Made by a program: the position numbers and the translations under genes
Shown here: positions 36,425-48,803 of the stretch, one piece after another
Layout of the letters: every line of letters begins with the position of its first letter
How positions within the stretch are numbered: position 1 is the first letter of the stretch
Notes under the pieces: model-generated
Database searches by the model: none
What the model saw: the letters and a program-made list of their open reading frames with translations, nothing else
Told to the model about the DNA's origin: nothing
NCBI GenBank assembly: GCA_030141605.1
Contig: JAQGDQ010001025.1
Location: 5,275-69,274, forward strand
DNA: 64,000 nucleotides
Source: Tubiluchus corallicola
Lineage: Eukaryota > Animalia > Priapulida
Reading direction: 5' to 3'

Positions 36425-38561
36425 CTAAGTTTGGTGACAATTGTTGGAGGCAGTCAAAATTCCATCAGACAAAAGATCTCCTGTTAAAGGATCACCAATC
36501 AAAGGTCTACCACAGTTGACCCAATTTACCATTTTTGTATGAAGGTTTGCCTGTTGGTTTTTCAGTAGGTGTGGGCACTGAATTCTTATCCTTTTGAATT
36601 GCGTCAGTGTCTTCAACATACCACTCCATGGTTCTGATCAAATAATTTAGTTTCCACCTTGAACCATGGGTCATACCAGAGCACATTCTACGTAATTCAT
36701 TGTTTATGTTAGCTGTAAGATGCCTGGTAATCTGTCTGACTAAGTAATGCTCTTCCTCATACCCCAACATGGCCAAAGTTCTCAATATTGACTCAATTTT
36801 GTCGAGAAACTTTCGAAGGGATGTAGCATTTGGTGCAACTGTATCTAAATTTTCAAGCAAGTCTAGGTTTCTCTCTATCAAATCATCTTTCTTTAAAAAT
36901 CGCTTTACCAAATGATTGACTGCCTGCTGATAACTTTCGGGTATGGCTGGGTAGGATTTCACAATTTCTAGCGGAACACCCTTTAAAGACATTTTTAGGT
37001 AATTCAATTTTTTCATTTCTTTGTGGTGTTTTTGTCTTGTTTGAAACCCACCTAACCTTTGCTACAATAAATAATGCCTTCGATGGGAGCGGACATGTTT
37101 GTTTACAAAAACTAACTATGCAACCCGCCGATAGAGGGCGCGCAACAAGAAAATCACGCCAATTGAGAGACGTTGGGATTCTCGATAAACAAATTAATTT
37201 ACCGAAGATTATTTTTAGTAGAGCTTAAACAATTGTTACTATTTGTTAGCTGCAAAATCATTAGAAGAAAGTAGATGACAAAATAAACTGTAAAATAAGC
37301 AATTTAGTAGCTTATTAAGAAGATGCCAATGAAAATAAGTAGCAGTTGCTCAAAACCCTCATTTCACATGCAGTATGGTATCACTTGGCAACGCGCATAC
37401 GCCGAGCATCGCGTTTGTGTATAAAGCAAGTGTTTTAGCGGAGTTCCATGCATTCACTGCCTTGCTGAGACAAAAGCAGAGAAAACAAAAACCTGAAGTA
37501 AAGGTGAGAAATTAAAACTCAAACTTCCAAGTTGAAGGATGAAATAACTCAAATTGCCACAGTCACATGAACTTGTGACTGAATTAAGGCAAAGATGTAC
37601 AAATATTTATTTGACAAATCAAACAGCCCACTTCATTCTGAAATAGAATGATGCAACCTTAAATTAGCAATGCGTCATTTTCAACACTCAAATTGAAGTT
37701 TGCTCTGAATAATAAAGTTGAACCCATGAACTTATATTGAAATGTTTACTCCTACTATCATTTTATTGTATCTGATTTATGATTAGAAAATAAACTGGTT
37801 AAACTTAATTTTTTTGTTTGCATTTTCTTCCACATGTTCAGTGTAATCCAATTTGGTACACATATGCAGAAATGGACCCAAACTTCACACCTACACTATT
37901 ATTTTAGTGAGGTTAATGTACTGTGGTGCACACAATTCATTCCCCTAGACAACAAAAATATTGATGATGCCAAACAGTGCAAACCACATTAAATCTTTCA
38001 GATCAGCACGTGTGTGAATCTCATCATGAAAAATTGACCAGAAACCCTGAAAATCATCACCATCGCCCGAAAAAGTGGGTATTTGAAACTTGGGTAATCT
38101 CGAATTTCTAAAGTAGGCATCAGAATCACTATCATTAGATGCCTGCGAAGCATGACATGCTTGTACTGGGGAAGCATACATACTTGCTAAACGGGAATGT
38201 GTCACTTTAGAAGTTTGAGCAATGACAGACTCATGCAATGTATTTTCCATAACACCGTGTTTAGGTTTTGTTTAGAGTCTGCCATGTGACGATCACGTGA
38301 TTCAAGATGTTCAAGACGTGATGCGATCGAATCCATGGTTTGCATCATTGTATTGAAAACTGATGAAGGGGGATAATTCTGATCATCGTTAGCATTATAA
38401 AAATTACTGCAATATTCCTTAGTACCTGCCTGTCCAGCAAAGGCAGCATTGCCTGCATTTTTGATTTTTGAAGCAAACACCACAGAAGCTTTTGAAGTAC
38501 TTGCTAGTTGATGTACAGGCTCTAGGGCAGATATAATCAAATTCTGTTGATTAAAGGGCAA
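36425..38561 (-). mobile_element. BEL/Pao LTR-retrotransposon gag fragment, split by a ~970-bp insertion (37017-37986)
   Basis: RLPKFQIPTFSGD..F.GFWSIF..IH joins KKLNYLKMSLKG..YQQAVNHLVKRF (DUF1759-type gag); frameshifted. Confidence 0.85.
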
Positions 38562-41500
38562 GAAAACGTTATATACATGTGAGTTGCAAACAATTCACAC
38601 TGAAAAGTTATATCACGTAGCGTCAATCTAATAGGTATATAATACTCACTTGCAGAGAGATACCGCTTACTTTTCAGTTTGAATGGGCTCGCTCAACCGC
38701 CTATTCTTCGCCATTAGGTGACGTAATCGACTCGCACTAGTTATCTTCGAAAAGCGCAGTAATTGCGGCAGATTTGAAGATACTGCATATTGCACGACAA
38801 CGCATGATTTATTGGTTCAGTGTTGTATCAATTTTTTCATTGCGCCAGCTTTTGATAACTTTATTATAGATTGATCCGACGAAGAAGAAATCGTAATAGC
38901 GCAGCAAAATATATGATTGGAGTGGGACTAAAAGGATTTCAGTTTCAACCGAAGAAGAAAACAGAAGCAAGTACAGAAAAGTCGGAAGAGTCGCCGGAAT
39001 CAAGCAGTGACAGCAGTTGTGTTGAGGTCAGTCTAAGCCACTTCGTTTTGCACTTTAGGTATTAATTATAAAAAAAATGATTTGCTTCTAATAATTATGT
39101 AAGTACTGTGTGCTAATTATATTTAGGCTGCTTTGTAACCTCGCTGGCTCCCTTTTTTGTTTGTGGCAGCAGTAGCTATTAAAATTGCTTATCTAATATC
39201 CAGATTAATATTTAAATTGCTGGTACTGCTGTGTTTAATAACAGAATAGTAGAGGGAAATCAGGAAACTATCGCTTGTGCTAAGAACTCCATTTGTAATG
39301 ATATTATTATTATGGTTCTCTACAAGAAAAATCCAACTTTGAACTTGTCCTCATTGTTTTATATATTTCCTGGTTTTTGGTCGGTTTGAATTATGGCATT
39401 TCCAAATAAGGTAGTTAAAACTGTGTGTCTTTTATATAACAAGTAAGTTGAAGTAACCCTTAGAGGGTCAAATATATTCTTCGAAACTCAACTTTTTCTC
39501 TTATTGACTTTGTACCATGAAGTTTTATATGACATATTTATATTATACGTATGATAATTAGAGCATAATTTACTATAAGCCTTGTAGGCAAACAGTAGCT
39601 ATCAAATTACTACAAAACATGGAAACACAAACATTTCCAAGAATTTAATGTGTAGCTAATTTAAATGCAAAACAGTAGTTAACTGGCTTACTAATTTCAG
39701 AGTTTTTTATCTTTTTTTAGGATATCACTGCTGAGCCAAGTCGGTTAGACAATTTGGACTGGTGCTCTTGTACAAAATGTAATACAAATACAATCACTCA
39801 AGAAAGAGAATGTATTTGTTGCGGTGAAAAGGCTTCATTAAAAGATCTCATTGTTCAAGACATCGAAGGTTCGGTATAGAATTATGTTACCAAAATAAAA
39901 TATATAAATAATATATAATAAAACAAAGTTATGCTTACTCATCAATGGAAGTTATTGCTGTTTACGATAATGGGCCTGCATGGTGATTATACAAACTAAA
40001 GTGTATGTAAAAATCAATTTTCCTTAGGAGTACTTATTTAGAAATGATTAACAGATGCCAAATTTATGAAGGTCAATAAAACTATCATTTCGTGAAATTT
40101 TAAAAGAATATATCCATATATTGTCAAGCACTGTTCAAAATTGAAAATGTAATCTACGTTAGTTTTACCATTTTTACATTTTGAAATTGAATACTTATAT
40201 AAACTGATTTCACTAATCAAATCATATAATCATTTTACATAGGTACAAACTGCATTACATATAACCAAGAATTTGGAATACTGTGTCTCAACAAACCAGT
40301 TCTGAGAAATGTTCTTATTTGCTTGAACAATGTTTGGAGAGACGCTTGGCCAGTTGACCCTCCATTAAACATGTAAGCATATGATCATAGCCAATTAAGT
40401 CCTTCTAACTAATATTTTACTTATACAATAACTTTATGTTATTCTTCATATATATATACATATACAACAATACACAATTGGAATAAAGACTTTTTCATTC
40501 AACACCTAGTCCTACTAATGCAGATGCTTTTACATGCATGGTTGTAACTAGACCATGAACCGTTATCAAAGAGGAACCCTTTAACATGTGACACTAATTT
40601 AGTGGACTATATCATAGTTATTTCAGTCCACATTCAGATATGTATATACCTATGTTATTTGTTTAAGTGAAAAAAGGAATTGCCACAGTAAAAAAGTTAA
40701 AACAACCAAAAATGGATTTCCATGTGACGGCCATTGCTTTAATTAGATCAGTTTGGATTTTCGTAATTTAGGTATCTAATCTCTTACTGTAGTGACAACT
40801 GCATCATAGCACTTAACAACAATTATGCTAAAAACTGTAAAAAATTCTATAGTTTACTTATTTATATGTCAAATGTGGGCTTATTTCATTGCTTTATAAA
40901 ACCTTTACCATATTGATCTGTTTTTAGAAAGGTAATTAATAACTTTGCAATATATAAATTCTACTAAATGTAGTAAAGACAATGCATCTTTGATTTGAAA
41001 CATACATTATGTCAATATACTTACTACTGATTTAACCAAAGAATGCTATCACATTGCCATAATTGTGATTGCTTTTGCAGTTGGGCTAGCTAAAAGATAC
41101 TGAAATCTGAAAGTAACTAAAAAAACTGAATACACTATAAATATATTACTGTCATTTTCAGACATAGTTAGGCATTTCAAACTCAACATGCAACTGGTGT
41201 TGAACAAACAGTCATAAAGTTAGCAATATGATATTTAACAGTAGAAAATTTGCATCCTTTCTCAATACTGTCTCTAGATCAACTGAAACTTGCATGCCTG
41301 AGAGAATAGAGCTGTAATCACATGACCAGAGATTCAAGTTCCTATTGGAAGGTATATCACATTCATGCATACAGACCATAAATGAAAAGGTCACCTATAC
41401 TCTACAGACTACTAGTTGAACCAAATCAGTCTACTTGGCTTCTTGATAGCAGATTAACGATTATTGGTTTACAGAAAGCTGTTATAATTTTTCTCTATTT

Positions 41501-42814
41501 AAACTTGAATAAGAGGGAGAACCAGAATTAAAGCATGAAATTAACAACCCAATTACTCTGATTAATGACTATCTATCAAAGCAAAAGGAAAAATGTTTAG
41601 AAACAAAAATCAATTTCTGACAAACTTTGTACAATTAGAGTAAAACAACGACTGTAGATGGCAGCATAGACTAATTCAGTACTTTAGTGTAGCAGACTGA
41701 CAATTAAATGGGTCACATAATACTACAATCGCGTACTCAGTACAATAAGCGACATTCTTGAATCTTATAAAAAAGCAGTCAAAACACTCATGAGATACAA
41801 TCAATTTTACACACTCAACTAACTTATATATCCAAGCAGGGCAACCTAACAGCAAAACTACCTATTCGTGCATATCAAAAGGCATTGTGCATGAACAGTT
41901 CACACATCCCTTTTTACACAATTTACATATGCAACTTGCAGAACAGTTTAATCAAAGAGGGGTGGACAGCAATAGGCAAGGTCAACCATATGTAACAGTT
42001 GGAGTATGTATTAGTTCTTAAAGCACAAGAAAACCCTTCATAATCATTAAGCTTAAAAAATTCTTCATGAAATTTTATATCACTTACATACTGCCCTTTT
42101 ACATACAGGACTAGAATCAGCAGTCACGCTGTATCAAACAGGTAAATTTAAACTCCCACGATGACCGTTAAATGCAGCCATTTTGATGATAAGTCGTTTG
42201 AAACAAATTTAGATAACGCTGAGTGAAGTTTGAAAAAATAATCAGAGAATTCGTAGCACACATATCACTAACTAAGTAAAATTCTTGTCAGTAAGATTAA
42301 AAATACGTTTTTGGTTAGTGAGTGGTGCACCCTGGAGGGTGAGTCAGTGACGTTCCACCAATTCGCACGCACATTTTAAATGATTATTTCCAATTACATA
42401 AGTCCTTCCAGCTGTTAAGCGAAATGCTAAGTTAAATTAATTTTCATGAAAATTTTCTTGGGAGATAATTTAACTTTTACTTGATTTGGGTATTCTTCCC
42501 TTAATTTACGTTTGCGTATATGACGTCATGTAATGGCGCCGTCGGAACAGTATTGCGGGAGATTTAAAATGAAAACAAACAAAAAATCCTTTCAACGCGA
42601 GTACGATGTAAGCATGAAATTGCTGTAAAGTAATGTAATTTTTTAAGGCAATTTTTCTGAAACCTACTTCAGGTACCCCTTTTTCCTGTCCTTTAACGCT
42701 GCATCGTTGTGGCTGATAAATTTCGCTAGCTTGCACAAGACAGTTCATTCACATACTACAGAACAACATAACGACAACATAACTGAGTCAAAGCCCACAC
42801 TTTAAATTTTCCAG

Positions 42815-45800
42815 CTAGATGGAGCCACCTTGGCTAGACTGGCTTTTACAGAGGAACCGCTATACGGGAGTAAATGGAGGTGTTGTTGTTGTAGATTGTT
42901 CAGATGTCCGAGAAGGAAAATAATAAGAAGAAACAGAGTAGTAAGTTTTGCTTTCGTCTTGTCTGTCTTTTCTTACCAGGTCAACAAGCTTATTAGCAGA
43001 GGGTATAACAAGTTCGTGTTTGATCTTGTCCTATCCTGGTCTAGCTTATCTTCTACCTTAAATTAATTAACATTACACTACCAATGGCAATTAAACCTCA
43101 CAATTCAGTATTGTTATCGTTATCATTGGATTAATAATAATTTATTGTCGATTTTCTTGTCATTATTATTAATTCTTAGCTGACCAAGGGGTTTTATATT
43201 ACACTAAAAACCAAACAGAGTAATAAGTTACCCCAGGACAGGTAGTATCTGGTACTCGTGCTTTGTGAAAAATCTTTCGTTGAGGCATCAATATAAAAAA
43301 TGTGAGCAAATGCTCCTGGGGTAATTTTTACTCCACCTTGGTCGGTTATCGGTTAAGTCGTTTACAAACTTTCATTGTAATTTTTGATCAGGATGTATGT
43401 TCGAGTTGTAATTTGTTGGAAAGGACGGAAGAGCATGGATGGAAGGACGGGAGATGACATGGAAAGGAATGAATGGAAGGCAGTGAGTAGTTCTTTCAGA
43501 TAAATTTTATAAATAAAAAACACCAAACTGTTCAGACATTTGTTCATTTTGTTGCTGTCTTTGTTTTCCATCGCTGGGTCCTCGGTAAATCAAGTAATTC
43601 CCATGACGTCTTTGCAGATGATTGTCAGTTTTATCAAGGACCTTGGATATATTTAATCGTAGCCAGCATATCGAATTATGCAAGATTACTGTAGCTTTTC
43701 TAGAAACGGCTTTTCAAACTAAGAATCAATTCATTATTTATATAAAATCTAGATAGAATTCCGTAAAAAGTTATTAATACTACTTCGCGTAACACTGTTG
43801 TGAAAATTTTTATTTTTAATACTCGTATGAATTAAAGTCAACCAACCCACAATATAATGTAAGCGTTTGCAACATAAAATCCTACTCTCAGCAGGAATAT
43901 TCAATTCATTTTATTGTAAACTTACTGCAAAACTTGTTTCTTTTGATTTCTTATAATTTCCTTCTTAGCGGTATTTTCTCGAGACGTCATTGTTACTGGG
44001 CGTACTTCTTTACACGTGAGTATAGTATGTAACCTTCAATAACCCTTAATCATTCATGGCTAAGATATTCTTGGATTAAATAAGGTATTAGTTATGTCAT
44101 TCTCGCAAAAGATACACATACGAAACATGGTGATGTACACATACGAAATTCGTCCAAAATGTTTTTTAATTCATATGATAATCTGCTAATTTAATACAAA
44201 ATGAACGACAAATTCTTTCTGTAATCATAATAATACGGTAAAAAACTTCAATATCTGATGGGGTTATATTTGTTTTTTACGCTCGAGTCACAATATTTCT
44301 TTGTTTGGGGATTTTGTTTCCTGCGAGCTTCGTAACCCTCTAGCCCTGTGCTTCGTGACCCTCTGGCCCTGTACTTCGTGACCCTCTGGCTCAGTGCTTC
44401 ATAACCCTCTAGCATAAGTGAGAGTACCAGTGAATGAACTCAATTGCTCAATAACTAATAAAACTACAATGTTTCTCTTCCATCTAGCCCTGTGTTTTGT
44501 GAACCTTCAGCCCCGTGCATGTTCGAGTTTTTAAAGAAACAAAACGGAAGACTGATAATAAATAAATAAAAATAAAGTATATCAAGAAGATTCTGCTGTA
44601 AGCAAAATGTTAATTAGTAAGTCTCAAGCAGTTTCACATCTGCACTGAGACTCGCACCTCCGTCTTCTTCTCTCCCGGACGCCACGCTAAACCCTACACT
44701 ACAACGGCACGATGCTTTTTAGACTTGAGAATTTACTAAGACGTTATTCGTTTTCTGTAGGATGGAAAGGAGAAGCAGAAGGAAAAGGAAAGACAACTGA
44801 ATGAGGACCTGGCAGCGACCATTTTCGGATGGTCGCTGCCCGGCCAGGTGAACGTATAGAGGCAATGGTAAGACTTGGTTTCAAATCACTTCTTTATTGT
44901 ACTTTATGGTAGTTTCAGTGTAGTGTATGCACTAAAATTTCTCGTAGTTTTTCCACATGACGAGACACAAACATTCAGGGGAGAGGACGCTAATATGACA
45001 CTAGTTGCTTCGTGGCGTTGCTTTCGCTAAACTCCTATAAATTTCTACAGAAAATGATTAAAAATTATGGAATTAGGAAATTGGAAATAGGATAGAGACT
45101 GTTTATTTGATCAGTTCTGTCAAATCAGATATACCAGCATGTACCAGAAGGATAGTTTCCTGCAAGCGATTACACCATTGGTTCATGTTGTCACCTTCAT
45201 ATATAGAATCTAGAGAGGAGAATTAAACATGGCGTCCAGCTATTGTACGTAAAGGATTCCGAATATAATGATGATGTCCCACGATCATTTGCAAGTTTAA
45301 GAATGAATGGAAGACACCCAATTACTTGTCAGCTTTGGCTGGCTTAGTTGACGGAAAGACCAACCTGTTACAAAAAAACTCTCTTCTCTTTTTTAGACCT
45401 TTGGTAAACAACTAACTTCGAATTTTTATTGCTTATGCTACTGTGGCTTCTTGAGTCCCCGGCTTCACTAAACTTCAATAGTTAGGCTTCACTGCGAGTG
45501 GGTCTCTGTGCATAATTAATAATATGTCAGTAGTAACTAGTATCGGTTGCTCGTTTCTATTTAACAAAACAAACACAGTATTGTATTTTATGACTACTGT
45601 CATCTATTGTATGTGTATTACTTAAGGTATTATAATTTTTAATGTGAAGTTAATGTGTACTTCTAATTCATATAATTATCAGTTTTGTCTACGTTTTGGA
45701 TTTTTCTGTGTTTTGCAGGGGTAGAAGAAGGAAGGAGGAAAGTTCGAGGAAACCGAAAGAAAACGATGAGAAGAAGAGCATACCTAAGCTCTGTAAAAAA

Positions 45801-45906
45801 TTGGACAAAAAATAAAAAAATTAATGAATGAACAGCTGGCGGCCACCGTTTTTGGGTGGTCCCTACCAGGAGAGTGCACACCAAATGCATAGCTACACCT
45901 GCATTG
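42815..45906 (+). pseudogene. Unknown small multi-exon gene, copy A (disrupted)
   Basis: AG/GT-bounded exons 42815-42940 (..AFTEEPLYGSKWRCCCCRLFRCPRRKIIRRNRV), 43392-43482 (DVCSSC..EWKA, frameshift), 44761-44867 (DGKEKQKEKERQLNEDLAATIFGWSLPGQVNV*), and a second terminal-type exon 45719-45906; frames supported by synonymous differences between copies. Confidence 0.6.
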
Positions 45907-46143
45907 GTAAGACCTGGTTTCAAATCACTTCTTTATTGTATATGGTAGTTTCATTGTAGTGTATGTTCCAGGGTGATTCTTAGGAAAAATTCGTTTATCT
46001 TTATCCCATTTGTCGAAAAAAGGAAAATCGGGCTGAGGGAAGCAAAAAAAGTGCATAGTTGATGGCTTCACCCACGAAACAAATGATGAAAACATTAAAA
46101 GTGTAGGACGTCACAATCACTTGCTACTCTGCAGCCTATATTT

Positions 46144-46897
46144 TCACTTCAGTTTCAAGAGAATCAACAGTGACGTCGTCAATGACAGTAATGGGACAGC
46201 AGCATTAGCGCCATCTTTTGAATAACCAACGCACTGCCAACACGTGAACCTGTTCTCCGGATCCCACTTCCTCTTGATCTCTAACATCTTTTCATATTTA
46301 GTTTCATCCCAGAATTCCTCTGCTATGTCTTCCACAACTCGGCTTGGTTCATTGTAGTAACTGCCATGTCCATGCTTTTTCATCTTCGGCCGCCACTCAT
46401 GAAGCGGACACTTCTGTCCTCTGCTTCCGGTTCTTCCCACCAGTTGGCAGCACTCGTTGAATGCCACAAAGCATTTCTAAACTGTACTCCAATTGGAGTA
46501 TCGCTTTGGTTAACATTGCAAGTATTGGCTGCACCACCATCATGCAATTCACAGATACATAGCGTTCGCCACGAAAAGATACATCTATGAACAGTTCAGA
46601 AAGATCTTCTGCAAAGTTTCTAGTAAAAAACTCCGGCTGAGAAAACCAACCGTCAAGGTAGAGCGGAACATTCAATATGTCCGAAACGTTTTTCTACTAA
46701 TCCCAAAAGCTTGGATAATTTTGAAAGATGCAGGGAAATGGACGATATTTAGCTCCCATGTACTTAAGAGGATCAAAAACTTTCTTTTCCTTTCTCGATG
46801 CCTTACCGTTATGCAACATTAAGAAAGTGACAGTTCCCTGGTTAAACACCCCATATTCTGTGGAATACGTAGGAGATTGCAGCAGAACATAGCCAAA
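46144..46897 (-). pseudogene. BBE-like FAD-linked oxidoreductase, C-terminal fragment with GPI-signal-like tail
   Basis: GSYYNEPS..EEFW..YEKMLEIKRKWDPENRFTCWQCVG is the BBE-domain signature; upstream NYPSFWD** has two stops plus frameshifts; ends DGANAAVPLLSLTTSLLILLKLK*. Confidence 0.85.
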
Positions 46898-47363
46898 ACA
46901 TAATTAATAACCTTGCAATATATAAATTCTACTAAATGTAGTAAAGACAATGCATCTTTGATTTGAAACATACATTATATCAATATACTGCTGATTTAAC
47001 CAAAGAACGCTGTCACATTGCCATAATTGTGATTGCTTTTACAGTTGGGCTAGCTAAAAGATGAATTCTTACAATTTATTCATATCTGGTTTTACTGTAG
47101 ATCTCTAAGATGGGCTGCATATCGGCAATTCACCTGTTGGGCACATGGCCAGCTTGGTAAGAAAATAAGAAGAGTTGTTCCATCATGTGTCGTTCTGCTA
47201 TTAGAATGCATTTTCCGAGTAAAGAAGAATACCCAGGCTTTCGTTCTGGACTAGAAAGTGATGAGCAGGACGATGACCGGGATGAATAATTTATATCATA
47301 AGTACCAGCGAATGAACTCAATTGCTCAATAACTATAATAAAACTACAATGTTTCTCTTCCAT

Positions 47364-48704
47364 CTAGCCCTGTGTTTTGTGACCCTCCAGACCCCAGCCC
47401 CGTGCGTGTGCGAGTTTTTAAAGAAACAAAACGGAAGACTAACAATAAATAAATAAAAATAAAGACCTGGTGTATATCAAGAAGATTCTGCTGTAAGCAA
47501 AATGTCAATTAGTAAGTCTCCAGCAGTTTCACATCTGCACTGGGACTCGCACCTCCGTCTTCTCTCCCGGACGCCATGCTAAACTTTACACTACAACGGC
47601 ACGATGCTTTTTAGACGTGAGAATTTACTAAGACGTTTTTTTTGTTTTCTGTAGGATATGAAGGAGAAGGAAAGAGGAGAAAAGAAAAGGAGAGGAAACT
47701 TAACGAGCAGCTGGCGGCGACCATTTTTGGATCTTCGCTGCCAGGGCAGCCTGCGTAGCTGCATTGGTAAGATTTGGTTTCAAATCTCTTCTTTATTGTA
47801 CATGGTAGTTTCAGTGTAGTGTATGTACTAAAATTTCTCGTAGTTTTTCCACATGACGAGACACAAACATTCAAGGGAGAGGATGCAAATATAACACTAG
47901 TTGCTTCATGGCGTTGCTTTCGCTAAACTCCTAAAAAATTTCTACAGAAAATGATTAAAAATTATGGAATTAGGAAATTGGAAATAGGATAGTTTATTTG
48001 ATCAGTTCTGTCAAATCAGATATACCAGCGTGTACCAGAAGGATAGTTTCCTGCAAGCGATTACACCATTGGTTCATGCTGTCACCTTCATATATAGAAT
48101 CTAGAGAGGAGAATGAAAGATGGCGTCCAGCTATTGTACGTAAAGGATTCCGAGTATAATGATGATGTCCCATGATCATTTGCAAGTTTACGAATGAGTG
48201 GAAGACACTCAATTACTTGTCAGCTTTGGCTGGCTTAGTTGACGGAAAGACCAACCTGTTACAAAAAAACTCTCTTCCCTTTTTTAGACCTTTGGTAAAC
48301 AACTAACTTCGAATTTTTATTGCTTACGTTACTGTGGCTTCTTAAGTCCCCGGCTTCACTAAACTTCAATAGTTTGGCTTCACTGCGAGTGGGTCTCTGT
48401 GCATAATTAATAATATGTCAGTAGTAACTAGTATTGGCTGCTCGTTTCTGTTTAACAGAACAAACACAGTATTGTAATTTATGACTACTGTCATCTTTTG
48501 TATGTGTATTACTTAAGCTATTATAATTTTTAATGTGAAGTTAATGTGTACTTCTAATTCATATAATTATCAGCTTTGTCTAAGTTTTGGATTTTTCTGT
48601 GTTTTTCAGGATTAGAAGAAAAGGGAGGAGCAAACCAAAGCTCGTAAAAAATCGGAGCAAAAAATTAAAAAAATTAAAAAAAATTAAAAAATGTAAAATA
48701 AATG
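47364..48704 (+). repeat. Duplicated segment B (copy of ~44484-45820) with further exon copies at 47655-47766 and 48610-48700
   Basis: Non-coding parts near-identical to copy A; exon reads ..ERKLNEQLAATIFGSSLPGQPA* (frameshifted upstream). Confidence 0.85.
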
Positions 48705-48803
48705 AGGAGGACCAGGATGAATAATTTATATCAAGTGAGAGTACCAGCGAATGAACTCAATTGCTCAATAACTATAATAAAACTATGACGTTTCTCTTCC
48801 ATT

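Larger units (their letters stand above)
38913..47289 (+). pseudogene. KolX-like protein (homologous to the P2X7 cytoplasmic ballast/Zn-Cys domain), 4 exons, one frameshift
   Basis: Exons 38913-39026 (GFQFQP), 39721-39868 (RLDNLDWCSCTKC..ERECICC), 40243-40372 (CIT..F..LCLNKPVL), 47101-47289 (SLRWAAYRQFTCWAHGQLGKKIRRVVPSCVV/AIRMHFP..YPGF); phases 0,1,2 compatible; 1-nt deletion near 47194. Confidence 0.85.

Noticed and set aside
37017-37986. Spliceosomal intron inside BEL gag
   Set aside because: The nearest GT-AG pair does not restore the frame; treated as an unclassified insertion.
41212-41394. Duplicated minus-strand ORF (also 53523-53705; similarly 47994-48212)
   Set aside because: Conservation only reflects the segmental duplication; no recognisable protein or consistent splice model.
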